Notes: generated by a model not told the origin, from the sequence alone. Counted from the stretch's first letter, positions 9,844 to 20,197 are shown. The stretch: DNA of 64,000 nt from an uncultured Clostridia bacterium (GCA_944349375.1 CALVMV010000003.1:26755-90754), one strand, 5' to 3'. Numbers and translations: made by a program.

Positions 9844-9932
9844 GCAGAGATGGCCGAGTGGTTGAAGGCGCACGCTTGGAAAGCGTGTGAGGTCACAAGC
9901 CTCCGCAGGTTCGAATCCTGTTCTCTGCGCCA
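9844..9932 (+). tRNA. tRNA-Ser (GGA)
   Basis: Acceptor GCAGAGA/TCTCTGC, anticodon arm CACGC-TTGGAAA-GCGTG, long variable arm, G73-CCA. Confidence 0.95.
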
Positions 9933-10023
9933 TGTTGTATTTATTTTAAGGATTTAGCGATATATTAATATAAAATTTATTTTTATACAAGATATTGTGT
10001 TTTGTATGCGCATAATAATTACA

Positions 10024-10058
10024 AAATAAAGGAAATGCGATTGCATTTCCTTTATTTT
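10024..10058. terminator. Bidirectional terminator overlapping the stop of the small YjzC-like gene
   Basis: aaataaaggaaatgc-gatt-gcatttcctttattt perfect inverted repeat. Confidence 0.8.
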
Positions 10059-10210
10059 TCATCCGCTTCATAATGAGAGCCTTCATGTTGAGTTGCAGGG
10101 AATCTTTGACCTTTTTCAAGGTGTGTGCTTCCACCGCATTTGCCATTTTTGTCATAGCATGAGTAATTTCCAGTTTTTGGAGCTTGCTCACCAGGTTTGT
10201 ATTGTTTCAT
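10052..10210 (-). CDS. YjzC-family small protein (52 aa), absent from the ORF track
   Basis: Manual translation MKQYKPGEQAPKTGNYSCYDKNGKCGGSTHLEKGQRFPATQHEGSHYEADEK*; KPGEQAP.TG.Y...LEKG.RFP.T is the YjzC pattern; SD GGGAGGT. Confidence 0.85.
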   Translation of the reverse strand: MKQYKPGEQAPKTGNYSCYDKNGKCGGSTHLEKGQRFPATQHEGSHYEADEK

Positions 10211-10274
10211 TTTTACCTCCCAGTCTTATTTTGAGTAAAATTAAAAAAAATATTCAAAAAAACTAAATTTAGTA

Positions 10275-10303
10275 TTGACTTTTGCTAAATATTGTTTTAC
10301 AAT
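10275..10303 (+). promoter_or_regulatory. Sigma-A promoter
   Basis: TTGACT-17-TACAAT upstream of the 10332 ORF. Confidence 0.7.
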
Positions 10304-10331
10304 TTTATCATTATTAATAAAGGAGAAAAAA

Positions 10332-10826
10332 ATGAGAGAACAAAAAGCCCAAAAGATAGAAAAGATTAAAAAATCAGAAGAAAAAAGTTATGAATTAGTT
10401 GAACTGGAAAATTTAACGAAAGAACAACTTGTAGAATTGAGTTTACAAGAAGAAGTAATGCGCAAATATAAAAAATCTTCTTATGTACAAACAGAAGAAG
10501 AAAAAATTAATTGTGAAATTGTTGAAAAAATTTTTAAATTTGCAAAAAAATTTAGATCAAATATTCGTGAAAGAGCTTTATCTCAAACATGTGTAAATTT
10601 ATTGAAAAATTTTATTAAAATTACAGAAGGCAAGGATAAAAGTGGTAGAGTGAAATACTTTATCAGATATGATATTATTGATTTATCAAATGATCAAATT
10701 AAAAAAGTGAAAAAGATATTTAATATTCGCAAAGAATTGGAAACGGTATGTACTCCTCAAGTTGGAAAAGACGGGACAATATATTGTTATCACGAAGGAA
10801 AATGTGATAACTATTCAGAAAAATAA
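10332..10826 (+). CDS. Hypothetical protein (ORFan, K/E-rich)
   Basis: ATG at 10332 after SD AAGGAG; own promoter and terminator (about 10845-10874). Confidence 0.75.
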   Translation: MREQKAQKIEKIKKSEEKSYELVELENLTKEQLVELSLQEEVMRKYKKSSYVQTEEEKINCEIVEKIFKFAKKFRSNIRERALSQTCVNLLKNFIKITEGKDKSGRVKYFIRYDIIDLSNDQIKKVKKIFNIRKELETVCTPQVGKDGTIYCYHEGKCDNYSEK

Positions 10827-10924
10827 ATGCTATTTTTAAATTTAAAAAAGAAGTTGGTTTATAACTTCTTTTTTGTTTGTCTTTTTTTTATTTTTAAATT
10901 ATAATTTCTCTAAGGAGTTTTGAT

Positions 10925-11323
10925 ATGTGTATTTTTTGCGATATTGTTAATGGGAAAATCCCTTGTTATAAAATTTATGAAAATAATAATGCTATGGCAT
11001 TTTTAGATTTGGCAAATGATTCTAATGGGCATACTTTGGTTATCCCAAAAAAACATTTCAAAAATATTTTAGATTGTGATAAAAATGTTTTATGCGATGT
11101 GATTGAAATGGTTCAAAAAATATCAAAGCATTATGTGGATGATTGTGGGGCTGATGGAGTTGATATTTTTAATGCAAATGGGGAAATCGCAGAACAATCT
11201 GTTTTTCATTTACATTTTCACATTTTGCCTCGTTATAAAAATGATGGGATGCAAGTTTATCCGACTCTTAAAAAGAATGTGCTGAGCTTAGAAGAATTAG
11301 CTGACAAGTTAAAAATAAAATAG
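10925..11323 (+). CDS. HIT family nucleotide hydrolase
   Basis: MCIFCDI start, GHTLVIPKKH, QSVFHLHFHILPR histidine triad. Confidence 0.95.
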   Translation: MCIFCDIVNGKIPCYKIYENNNAMAFLDLANDSNGHTLVIPKKHFKNILDCDKNVLCDVIEMVQKISKHYVDDCGADGVDIFNANGEIAEQSVFHLHFHILPRYKNDGMQVYPTLKKNVLSLEELADKLKIK

Positions 11324-11332
11324 GAGAATGGA

Positions 11333-11782
11333 GTGAAAGAGGTTGTATTATATACTGATGGGGCTTGCTCTGGTAATCCTGGTCCTGGGGGCTGGGGAGC
11401 AATACTTGTTTATAAGGGCAAAGAAAAAGTTATGTCTGGTGGAATGAAGGAAACTACAAATAATCGTATGGAAATTTTGGCTGTTATAGAAGGTTTAAAA
11501 TGTTTAAAAGAACCATGCAAAGTTGAAATTTGCAGCGATTCTGCTTATGTTGTTAATACTTTTTTGCAAGGCTGGTTAGAAAATTGGATAAAAAATGATT
11601 GGAAAACTTCTAGTAACAAACAAGTTCAAAATGTAGATTTGTGGAAAGAGTTAATTGCTCTTTTAAACAAACATGAAGTCCATTGGAATAAAGTGAAAGG
11701 GCATGCAGACAATGAATTAAACAATAGATGTGATGCTTTAGCTAGAGGCGAGATTGATAAAATAAAAAAAAGCTTTGACTGA
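11333..11782 (+). CDS. rnhA: Ribonuclease HI
   Basis: YTDGACSGNPGPGGWG, TTNNRME, SDSAYV, WNKVKGHA, NNRCDALA. Confidence 0.97.
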   Translation: MKEVVLYTDGACSGNPGPGGWGAILVYKGKEKVMSGGMKETTNNRMEILAVIEGLKCLKEPCKVEICSDSAYVVNTFLQGWLENWIKNDWKTSSNKQVQNVDLWKELIALLNKHEVHWNKVKGHADNELNNRCDALARGEIDKIKKSFD

Positions 11783-11833
11783 GTAATGTCAAAGCCTTTT
11801 TAAACATAAATTTGTTTTATCTAATGATTTGTT

Positions 11834-12391
11834 TTAATCTAAATTGATTAATTTAACATATATCATTTCATAAATCGAAGGGGCGTTGCTTTTCCATTTA
11901 TGGATAGCTTCGTTTGCCGATTGTCTTGACGGAGCCTTAATTCTTAGTTCAAACATAGGCGATGTTATTAATGGTTCATATATTTTTAAAACTACATTAT
12001 AAGACCCATCTTCATTTTTTGTATAGGTTGCAGTATATTCCTGTGCAGATTTTACATTTAATCTATTTGCTTGAAGATATGATGAAATCTCTTCTCTAAG
12101 AGAAAGGGGGATTCGTCTATAAAGGTGGGATAAACACTCTCTGCCTTCATAAGTTAATGCAAATAATTTTTTGTCTTCCACATCACTGCTTAACTTGTAT
12201 AAAAGCTTGCTATCAACCATGTCGTGTATAATAGCTTTGCAATCCATATAATTTTTTATCCAAGTGTTTTTTACTGAACAAATATCTAAAATTGAATCTT
12301 CTGTTAAAGGTATTTCCATTTTATCTATAACAAACAACATTGTTAATTTGTCTAAAACTATTTGTTCTTTATCCGAAAGAAATTTTTCCAC
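11834..12391 (-). CDS. DUF4364-family winged-helix protein
   Basis: KLTMLFVIDKMEIPLT, LTYEGRE, YxVxLKI, WKSNAPSIY pattern typical of this clostridial family; GTG start. Confidence 0.75.
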   Translation of the reverse strand: MEKFLSDKEQIVLDKLTMLFVIDKMEIPLTEDSILDICSVKNTWIKNYMDCKAIIHDMVDSKLLYKLSSDVEDKKLFALTYEGRECLSHLYRRIPLSLREEISSYLQANRLNVKSAQEYTATYTKNEDGSYNVVLKIYEPLITSPMFELRIKAPSRQSANEAIHKWKSNAPSIYEMIYVKLINLD

Positions 12392-12397
12392 CTAATC

Positions 12398-12426
12398 ATG
12401 ATAGCATTTTTTTTTAATTAAATCAA
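12398..12426 (-). promoter_or_regulatory. Sigma-A promoter, probably leaderless transcript
   Basis: TTGATT-17-(TGc)TATCAT, then 6 nt to the GTG start. Confidence 0.6.
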
Positions 12427-12497
12427 TTTTTTTTAATATCTTATTATATTACTTTGAAAAATTTTTTTTATATGTTAAAATACACATGAGGTGAATT

Positions 12498-13232
12498 ATG
12501 CAAAATCAGGAAGTTCAAAATTTTTTAGATGCTTGTGATGAACTTATTAATTGTAAATTTTTAGTGGCTGAATATAAAATTACAAAATTGTTGCAAAGTA
12601 TTGCTTGCTCAAGTGATATTTGTTCTTTAATTAGTGAATGTTTACAGTCATATAACAGGGATAGAGAGTTTGCAAGAACTTACATTCAAGATGGACATGG
12701 CGAATTTGTTTGCGTTATGCCTACTGAAGAATATAAAGTTGTTGCCTTGGTTTTTTGCACTCTAGCTGACATAGATAACAAAAAGATAGATTTTACTGAT
12801 TTTATAAAAAGATTTTTTGGAAACAGTGAAAACCCATATCAAGCTTTCATTGAAACAATGATTATTCCTTTTAAGTCTTTAATTTCTGAAGCATTTGTTG
12901 CTGGATATAATGAAAAAGAAAATAAAGAAGATGAAGAAGAACAAATTTTTGAGAATCATGAGACTTCTGAAGAAGTCGAAAGCTTTGAGCAGGAAGATAA
13001 ATTTGAAACTTCAACAAAAATTGCAGTTCAAATTTTAAGTGAGTTAGAAGATTTGAGAGAATCTCAACTGGTGGCAGATGCTAGAAATGTAGCAACTTCA
13101 ATAATAAAAACAGCAAATCTACGAGATGAATGTGTATTAATGGCTTTAGCTGCATCATTAAGATATATGAGTAAAGGATTAAAGTCTATAAAGTTTTTGG
13201 TTAGAGAACTTTGTGATGTGGTTTTTGATTAA
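12498..13232 (+). CDS. Hypothetical protein with an acidic internal linker
   Basis: 244 aa ORF, SD GAGGTG, TTGAAA..TAAAAT promoter upstream. Confidence 0.8.
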   Translation: MQNQEVQNFLDACDELINCKFLVAEYKITKLLQSIACSSDICSLISECLQSYNRDREFARTYIQDGHGEFVCVMPTEEYKVVALVFCTLADIDNKKIDFTDFIKRFFGNSENPYQAFIETMIIPFKSLISEAFVAGYNEKENKEDEEEQIFENHETSEEVESFEQEDKFETSTKIAVQILSELEDLRESQLVADARNVATSIIKTANLRDECVLMALAASLRYMSKGLKSIKFLVRELCDVVFD

Positions 13233-13239
13233 ACAACTG

Positions 13240-14130
13240 CTATAGTTGTAATAAATTTGCAAAATCTTTTGGGAAAGGAATGTCAAAGGACATTTCCTTT
13301 TTTATATAAGGGTTAAAAAAGCTTATTTCTTTGCAGACTAATGCGCTATGTTCTATTTGAGATGAAAATTCGCCATAAAGTTGATCGCCTAAAAGGGGAT
13401 GCCCAATAGATGAAAGGTGGACTCTTATTTGATGGGTTCTTCCATACTGTAAATTTATTTGCAATAAAGTGTAATTATTTTTTATTGTTTTTATAGGGTG
13501 TATATGAGTTATTGCTGGTTGTCCTTTTTCGGATATTATCCTTTTTTGAAGATTTGTTCCGTTTTCTCTTAATGTTAAGATAGGTCTATTAATTTTTAAA
13601 TCTTCATTTATTAATCCACAACAAATAGCATAATATGTTTTACTAAAATTTTTTACTTCTTTTTGTGCTATCGAATTTTTGGCGACTAGAATAAGGCCGC
13701 TTGTGTCTTTGTCTAATCTATTTATTATTCTAAGTGTAAAATCCGAGTCTTTGCTTTGCATATAATTGCAAATAGCACCTGCTAAATTATTTGTATAATG
13801 TTTTTGGGTTGGCATACATGCTAAACCGCTTAGTTTATTTACGATTAAATAAAAATCATCTTCATACACAATATCTAGTGGTATTATGCATTGCATAATA
13901 CTTGTTTTTGCGTTTGGGTTGGAACAGATTTTAAGTGTATCTCCTGTTTTTAATATTGTTCTAGTTGTAGCTATACCATCGTTAACCAATATAAAGTTTT
14001 TATTTTTACGAAGATTGCTAATAAAATTCTCTGAAAAATGATTTTCTTTTAAAAAATAATAAACGTTTTTATAATCTTGTTTTATATCATACACTGAATA
14101 TAATTTGTTGTTTATTTTTTCTGTTTTCAT
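13240..14130 (-). CDS. RluA/RluD-family pseudouridine synthase
   Basis: IVYEDD, VNKLSG, INRLDKDTSG (catalytic Asp), GRTHQIRVH, GHPLLGDQLYG. Confidence 0.95.
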   Translation of the reverse strand: MKTEKINNKLYSVYDIKQDYKNVYYFLKENHFSENFISNLRKNKNFILVNDGIATTRTILKTGDTLKICSNPNAKTSIMQCIIPLDIVYEDDFYLIVNKLSGLACMPTQKHYTNNLAGAICNYMQSKDSDFTLRIINRLDKDTSGLILVAKNSIAQKEVKNFSKTYYAICCGLINEDLKINRPILTLRENGTNLQKRIISEKGQPAITHIHPIKTIKNNYTLLQINLQYGRTHQIRVHLSSIGHPLLGDQLYGEFSSQIEHSALVCKEISFFNPYIKKEMSFDIPFPKDFANLLQL

Positions 14131-14183
14131 GACTATTATTTTACATTATTAATTATTAAAAAGCAACTTCTTTTGATTTTTAG

Positions 14184-14212
14184 TTGACTTTTATTTTTAT
14201 AACTTATATAAT
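14184..14212 (+). promoter_or_regulatory. Sigma-A promoter of the pheST leader
   Basis: TTGACT-17-TATAAT. Confidence 0.8.
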
Positions 14213-14219
14213 CAAAATA

Positions 14220-14470
14220 TTAAAAACGATTATGAAAGACTAGTAGTCCGATTGTTGATATTTACAGAGAGTTTGCCATTTGCTGAAAGGTAGATATTAT
14301 CACACTGACGAATTCGCTTTCTAGTTGCAGGGGTGAAGGCTTGGGTTGTGTAGTTCCTGTCGCTTTGCAGGCGTAAAATGCTTTAATTAAGTGCAAATAT
14401 TTGCAGAAGTTAGGTGGTACCACGAAGTCTTCTCTTTCGTCCTAATTATTGGAAGAAAGAGATTTTTGTT
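14220..14470 (+). ncRNA. T-box riboswitch (Phe)
   Basis: AGTAG, CAGAGAG and GCTGAAA stem-I motifs, GAA-TTC (Phe) specifier, T-box AGGTGGTACCACG at 14412-14424, terminator tctctttc...gaaagaga. Confidence 0.92.
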
Positions 14471-14484
14471 TTAAGGAGTTAAAA

Positions 14485-15504
14485 ATGGAAAAAGAACTTT
14501 TAATGATTAAAGAAGAAGTCGCTGAACTAGTTAATAAAGCTGTTGATAAAAAAGCTTTAAATGAACTAAAAGTATATTTCTTAGGAAAAACTGGGAAATT
14601 AACAAATCTTTTAAAAGGGATGAAAGATGTTCCTGCTCAAGACAAACCAAGAATTGGAGCTTTGGTGAATGAAGTTCGAAAGTTTGTTGAATCAACTTTT
14701 TTAAGCAAGGAAGAATGCTTTGCTCAAAAAGAATTAGATGAGAAATTAAATAATGAAAAAGTTGATATAACTTTACCTTCTAAAAATATGAAAAAGGGTG
14801 CATTGCATCCTGTTACTAGCATGACAGACAGGCTGGTTGATATTTGTGTTAATTTGGGTTTTACTGTTGTTGATGGACCAGAAATTGAAAGTGATTATTA
14901 TAACTTTGAAGCTGTCAATACTCCAAAAAGCCATCCAGCAAGAGATATGCAAGATTCATTTTATTTTACTGAAAACATCCTTTTAAGAACTCAAACTACA
15001 GCAGTTCAAGCTAGGGCTATGGAATCAATGAAACCACCTTTTAAAATTGTGGTGCCTGGTAAAACTTATAGAAATGATAGTGATGCGACGCATTCTCCTA
15101 TGTTTAATCAGTTGGAAGGGCTAGTCGTTGACGAAAATGTTTCAATGGCAGATTTAAAAAACATGTTATCCATTATGATGAAAAGGCTTTTTGGAGAAGA
15201 TACATTAATAAGATTTAGACCATCCTATTTTCCTTTTACCGAGCCTAGTATAGAAGTAGATGTAAGTTGTCCTCAATGTCATGGTAAGGGTTGTAAATTA
15301 TGTAAAGATACAGGCTATTTGGAACTTTTGGGTGCTGGTGTCGTTAATCCTAAAGTTTTAGATTATAATGGTATTGATAGTAAAAAGTATAAAGGTTTTG
15401 CTTTTGGAATTGGCATAGATAGAGCTTCAATGTTGTTTACAAATAATACAGATATGCGATCGCTTTTCAAAAATGATATCAGATTCCTTAAACAAGGCAG
15501 ATAA
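14485..15504 (+). CDS. pheS: Phenylalanine-tRNA ligase alpha subunit
   Basis: HPARDMQDSF, LRTQT, DATHSPMF, RFRPSYFPFTEPS, GFAFGIGIDR; start after SD AAGGAG. Confidence 0.98.
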   Translation: MEKELLMIKEEVAELVNKAVDKKALNELKVYFLGKTGKLTNLLKGMKDVPAQDKPRIGALVNEVRKFVESTFLSKEECFAQKELDEKLNNEKVDITLPSKNMKKGALHPVTSMTDRLVDICVNLGFTVVDGPEIESDYYNFEAVNTPKSHPARDMQDSFYFTENILLRTQTTAVQARAMESMKPPFKIVVPGKTYRNDSDATHSPMFNQLEGLVVDENVSMADLKNMLSIMMKRLFGEDTLIRFRPSYFPFTEPSIEVDVSCPQCHGKGCKLCKDTGYLELLGAGVVNPKVLDYNGIDSKKYKGFAFGIGIDRASMLFTNNTDMRSLFKNDIRFLKQGR

Positions 15505-15518
15505 AAGGTGGTAAAGTT

Positions 15519-17915
15519 ATGAAAGTTACTTATAATTGGCTTAAAGAATATGTTAATATACCTCTTTCTCCAGAAGAGTTAGCTGAAAAACTAACTAAAT
15601 GTGGTTTCGAAGTAGAAGAAATTGTTCATCAAGATAAATTTTTACATGATGTAGTTGTAGGTAAAATTTTAAAAATAGAGAAACATCCTCAAGCGGACAG
15701 GTTGGTTGTTTGTCAAGTTGATATAGGAGATAAAACGACTCAAATTATAACAGCTGCAACTAATGTTTTTGAAGGAGCTATTATTCCGGTTAGCTTGCCA
15801 GGAGCCAAATTAATTAATGGAATATCTATTCAACCAACTAAAATGAGAGGGGTTGAATCGAATGGAATGTTTTGCTCAGGCCAAGAATTGGGGATAGATG
15901 ATAATTATTTTGAAGGTGCTGGAGTTGATGGTATTCTTATTTTGCCTCAAACTATGAAAGTTGGTGCTCCTATTGCAAAAGCGCTTATGCTAGACGATGT
16001 TATGATGGACATTTATGTTACACCAAATCGTCCTGATTGTTTAAGTGTTATCGGATTAGCGAGAGAAGTTGCTGCTATTATGGGGGAACAAGTCAAAAAA
16101 GTTAATTTAAGTTATCCTATTGACATATATTCAAAAGATACAATTCATGACTATATTGAAGTCAACAATTTGACAGATAATTGCCCAAGATATTGCATGG
16201 GGGCTGTTAAAAATGTTAAAATAGAAAAATCACCTTTGTGGATGAGGGCAAGATTAAATGCTGTAGGTATTAAACCGATAAACACTATAGTAGATATTAC
16301 AAATTATGTTTTAGTTGAAATGGGGCAACCTTTACACGCTTTTGACCAATCATTGATATGTGGAAAAGAAATAAATGTTAGGCAAGCCGAGAAAGGTGAA
16401 TGTATTGAAGTTTTGAATGGAAATACTTATCAATTAGACAAAAGCGACATAGTTATCGCAGATAATGAAAAGCCTATGGTTATTGCGGGGATTATTGGAG
16501 GAACAAATTCTTGTATCAATGATAATACAAAAACTGTAGTAATTGAATCTGCTGTTTTCGATTTAAAATCGGTTAGAACTTCATCTAGAAAATTTGGAAT
16601 TAGGACAGATTCATCTGCTCGTAATGAAAAAGGTATAAATCTTGCAAATGCTGAAATAGGTTTGGCAAGGGCGCTTTGCTTAGTAAGTAAACTCGGTTGT
16701 GGAAAAATAGTTAGAGGAACAATTGATAAATCAAAAAAATCAAACGATGCTAGAAATATAATTGGTTCTATTTCAAAAATAAATCAAATATTAGGAGTAA
16801 AAGTCCCTGAAAAAGATATTTCTAGAATTTTGGATAGTCTTGGTATAACAAATAAAATAATTGGTGACAAAATTGAATGTGTAGTTCCTCCTTATAGGGA
16901 AGACATAGAAAACAACAATGATTTAGCTGAAGAAATTATTAGGCTGTATGGCTATGATGTTTATGAAAAAGCAGAAGCACCATTATTTGAAAATTCGGCT
17001 GTTACTGAAAGTTATGTAAACAAAAGGTATAATCTTGAAAGAAACTTTAGAAATGAATTAGTGGGAAATGGTTTCTTTGAAATTATGACTTTCACTTTTG
17101 GTGGCAATGATTTTGTTGAAAGATTATTATTAAAAGATGAAAGAGCTCATCCTATTAAAATTTCAAATCCTTTAGGGGAAAACTTTGCGTATATGAGAAC
17201 TAGCATGGCAAGTTCTATTCTTCAAACTGCAAATTATAATCTCTCAGTAGGTAATAAGGAATTAAGATTGTTTGAGTGTGGAAAGGTGTATTTGGCTAAA
17301 GAACAGCCTTTGCAGAATTTACCTGTAGAAGAAGAAATGCTTTGCATGTTTGTTTCTGAAAACGATTTTGATTTCTTTAATTTTAAAGGAATTGTTGAAA
17401 ATTTGTTGGCTATCAAGGGCGATATTAGATTGGAAAGGACTTCAGAACCTTATTTGCATCCTGGAATTTCGGCAGATATTTTTATCAATAATGAAAAGGT
17501 GGGAAGTTTTGGAAAACTTCATCCTTTAGTTATAAAAAATTATGAACTTCCTGCAAATTCATATTATGGAGAGTTAAATATTAATATTCTTTTAAACATG
17601 AATGATAAAAAAGTTGTTTTCAATCAGGTATCAAAATATCCAAATGTTGCTAGAGATATTGCTGTTATTGTAGATGAAAATGTTGAAGCAGGAAAAATGC
17701 TTGAATCGATTAAGTCTGCTTGTGGGCAATTATACTTTGATGCGTCAATATTTGATGTTTATAGAAATGAATCGTTAGGTGAAAACAAAAAGAGTTTGGC
17801 ATTCAATATTATATTGTCAGATGTTAATAAGACTTTAACTGATGAAGATATAAATAAAGTTATGAAAAAAGTTTTAAAATCTTTGGAATATAAGTTTGGA
17901 GCAATTTTAAGATGA
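15519..17915 (+). CDS. pheT: Phenylalanine-tRNA ligase beta subunit
   Basis: KHPQADRL, GVESNGM, TPNRPDCLS, DITNYV, GQPLHAFD, DLAEE, C-terminal FDX-ACB ending GAILR. Confidence 0.98.
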   Translation: MKVTYNWLKEYVNIPLSPEELAEKLTKCGFEVEEIVHQDKFLHDVVVGKILKIEKHPQADRLVVCQVDIGDKTTQIITAATNVFEGAIIPVSLPGAKLINGISIQPTKMRGVESNGMFCSGQELGIDDNYFEGAGVDGILILPQTMKVGAPIAKALMLDDVMMDIYVTPNRPDCLSVIGLAREVAAIMGEQVKKVNLSYPIDIYSKDTIHDYIEVNNLTDNCPRYCMGAVKNVKIEKSPLWMRARLNAVGIKPINTIVDITNYVLVEMGQPLHAFDQSLICGKEINVRQAEKGECIEVLNGNTYQLDKSDIVIADNEKPMVIAGIIGGTNSCINDNTKTVVIESAVFDLKSVRTSSRKFGIRTDSSARNEKGINLANAEIGLARALCLVSKLGCGKIVRGTIDKSKKSNDARNIIGSISKINQILGVKVPEKDISRILDSLGITNKIIGDKIECVVPPYREDIENNNDLAEEIIRLYGYDVYEKAEAPLFENSAVTESYVNKRYNLERNFRNELVGNGFFEIMTFTFGGNDFVERLLLKDERAHPIKISNPLGENFAYMRTSMASSILQTANYNLSVGNKELRLFECGKVYLAKEQPLQNLPVEEEMLCMFVSENDFDFFNFKGIVENLLAIKGDIRLERTSEPYLHPGISADIFINNEKVGSFGKLHPLVIKNYELPANSYYGELNINILLNMNDKKVVFNQVSKYPNVARDIAVIVDENVEAGKMLESIKSACGQLYFDASIFDVYRNESLGENKKSLAFNIILSDVNKTLTDEDINKVMKKVLKSLEYKFGAILR

Positions 17916-19027
17916 TTTATCTTGACAATGCAGCAACGACAAGAATGTTTGAAGGAGCGGTGGACGAATATCAAAAATTCGCCTGCAATCTTTTTTATAA
18001 TCCTAGTGCTTTTTATAGAGAAGGTAGAGAAGTAAAGGCTTGTCTTGACCAAGCAAGAAAAAGTTTATTGAAAAAATTGGGTGCGACAAAAGGTGATATA
18101 ATTTTTACCAGTGGTGCAACTGAAAGCAATAATTTAGCTATTATGGGCGCTAAAAGAAATGGAAGTTGGGAATACATTTTTTCTATGGGTGAGCATCCTA
18201 GTGTTTATAATGTTGCTAAAGAGCTTGAACAACAAAGGTGTAAAGTACATTATTTGCCTCTTTTGGAGAATGGGCAGGTTGATTATTCAAATCTTGAGAA
18301 CTTGATAAATGATAAAACTAGGCTCGTGTGCGTGATGCATGTTAGCAATGAAACTGGTGTTGTTAATGATATAGAAAAAATAAGTGAAATAGTAAAAACT
18401 AAATCTAAAGCGCTTTTGCATGTAGATGGAGTGCAAGCTTTTAACAAAATTGATTTTGCTTTAGATAAATTAAATGTTGATTCTTACACTATATCTGCAC
18501 ATAAATTTCATGGCCCCAAAGGGGTTGGTGCATTGTATGTAAAAAATAAGTCTAATATTAAAAACATTGTTTTTGGTGGAGGACAAGAAGAAAATTTAAG
18601 ATCTGGCACAGAAAACACTTCTGGGATTATGGCTATGAAGTGGGCAAATGAGCATATTAATGTTAGAGAAAATTTTGATAAAGCATTGTTGTTAAAGCAA
18701 ACAATGACAAAAATTTTGTTGCAAGACAATAATATTAAGATAATAGATTCCGAATCTCCATATATTATGTCTGTTTCTTATAAGGGTGTTAATGGAGAGA
18801 CTTTAGCAAGGATTTTGCAAGATGAAGGAGTGTTAGTAAGCACAGGTAGTGCTTGTTCAACCAAAAAAGCAGGAAATAGAACGCTTGAAAGTATGGGGTT
18901 AAAGAAAGAAGATGTTGTTTCTAGTATAAGAATTTCTTTTAATGCTTATATGAGTGAAGCAGAAATAAAAGATGCAGGAGAAATTATTTTGAAGTGTGCA
19001 TCAAAATTGTCGGAACTAAAAACATAA
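17912..19027 (+). CDS. Cysteine desulfurase (NifZ/IscS2-like, ThiI partner)
   Basis: YLDNAATT, TSGATESNN, SAHKFHGPKG (PLP Lys), RSGTEN, STGSACS; adjacent to thiI. Confidence 0.93.
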   Translation: MIYLDNAATTRMFEGAVDEYQKFACNLFYNPSAFYREGREVKACLDQARKSLLKKLGATKGDIIFTSGATESNNLAIMGAKRNGSWEYIFSMGEHPSVYNVAKELEQQRCKVHYLPLLENGQVDYSNLENLINDKTRLVCVMHVSNETGVVNDIEKISEIVKTKSKALLHVDGVQAFNKIDFALDKLNVDSYTISAHKFHGPKGVGALYVKNKSNIKNIVFGGGQEENLRSGTENTSGIMAMKWANEHINVRENFDKALLLKQTMTKILLQDNNIKIIDSESPYIMSVSYKGVNGETLARILQDEGVLVSTGSACSTKKAGNRTLESMGLKKEDVVSSIRISFNAYMSEAEIKDAGEIILKCASKLSELKT

Positions 19028-19036
19028 GGAGAAACC

Positions 19037-20197
19037 ATGAGAGCTATTTTATTAAGGTTTGGAGAGTTATATTTAAAGGGCAATAACAGAAACATTTTTG
19101 AATCGCTTTTGATTTCTAACATAAAAGAAAAGCTAAAGGGTGAATCATATAGATTTGAAAAAACTTTTGGAAGATATGTTGTTTCAAAATACGATTTGGA
19201 TAAAGAAAATATAATAATAGAAAAATTGAAAACTGTTTTTGGGTTATATAGCATTTCTGTAGCTCAAGAGTTAGATGCAGATGTAGAAACAATAAAAGAC
19301 TATATAAAAAACATAAAGTTAAAAACAGAAAATTTTAAAGTGGTTGTAAAAAGAGCGGATAAATCTTTTCCGATAACATCTATGGATTTTGCTAAAATCT
19401 TAGGTGGAATTATTTTGGATAATAATAAAAGTGCAACAGTAGAGCTTTATTCTCCTAAAACTACAATTTATGTAGATATCAGACTTAATAAAAAAGCTTA
19501 TGTGTTTGATGATATAATTAAATGTCAAGGAGGTCTTCCTTTGGGGAGTGCGGGAAGAGGTCTTTTATTATTGTCTGGCGGAATTGATAGTCCTGTTGCG
19601 GGGTATTTGATTGCGAAGAGAGGACTTAAATTAGAAGCTTTGCACTTTCATAGTTACCCTTATACTTCAGATGAAGCTAAAGATAAAGTTATTGCTTTAG
19701 CAAAAAAACTTTGTGATTATGTAGATGAAATAAAATTGCATGTTGTTTCTTTTACAAAAGTTCAAGAGGCTATCCATGTTCATTGTAGAAGTGAATACAT
19801 GATAACTATTATGAGAAGAATTATGATGAGAATAGCCGAAAAGATTTGCGAGAGAAATGAACTAGGGGCTATTGTAACTGGTGAAAGTCTTGGTCAGGTT
19901 GCTTCTCAAACTATGCAAAGCATGACTGTAACTGGTGGGGTAGTAAAAGAATGTCCTATCTTTAGGCCTTGCATAGCAATGGATAAAGAAGAGATAATGG
20001 AGATTGCGAATAATATTGGAACTTATCAAACTTCAATTTTGCCTTATGAAGATTGCTGTACTGTTTTTCTCCCAAAAAATCCTGTTATAAAACCAACCAT
20101 TGAAAAATGCGAAAAAGAAGAAAGTTTTTTGGATATAGAAAGGTTGGTGGATGAAGCATTGCAATCTGAAGAAGTGATTGTATTAAATAGAGATTAG
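19037..20197 (+). CDS. thiI: tRNA 4-thiouridine(8) synthase ThiI (no rhodanese domain)
   Basis: GELYLKG, THUMP domain, LSGGIDSPVA PP-loop, GESLGQVASQT, PYEDCC. Confidence 0.96.
   Translation: MRAILLRFGELYLKGNNRNIFESLLISNIKEKLKGESYRFEKTFGRYVVSKYDLDKENIIIEKLKTVFGLYSISVAQELDADVETIKDYIKNIKLKTENFKVVVKRADKSFPITSMDFAKILGGIILDNNKSATVELYSPKTTIYVDIRLNKKAYVFDDIIKCQGGLPLGSAGRGLLLLSGGIDSPVAGYLIAKRGLKLEALHFHSYPYTSDEAKDKVIALAKKLCDYVDEIKLHVVSFTKVQEAIHVHCRSEYMITIMRRIMMRIAEKICERNELGAIVTGESLGQVASQTMQSMTVTGGVVKECPIFRPCIAMDKEEIMEIANNIGTYQTSILPYEDCCTVFLPKNPVIKPTIEKCEKEESFLDIERLVDEALQSEEVIVLNRD

Noticed and set aside
9946-10191. 81-aa minus-strand ORF in the track
   Set aside because: Alternative frame of the YjzC-like gene; no SD, and it runs through the terminator.
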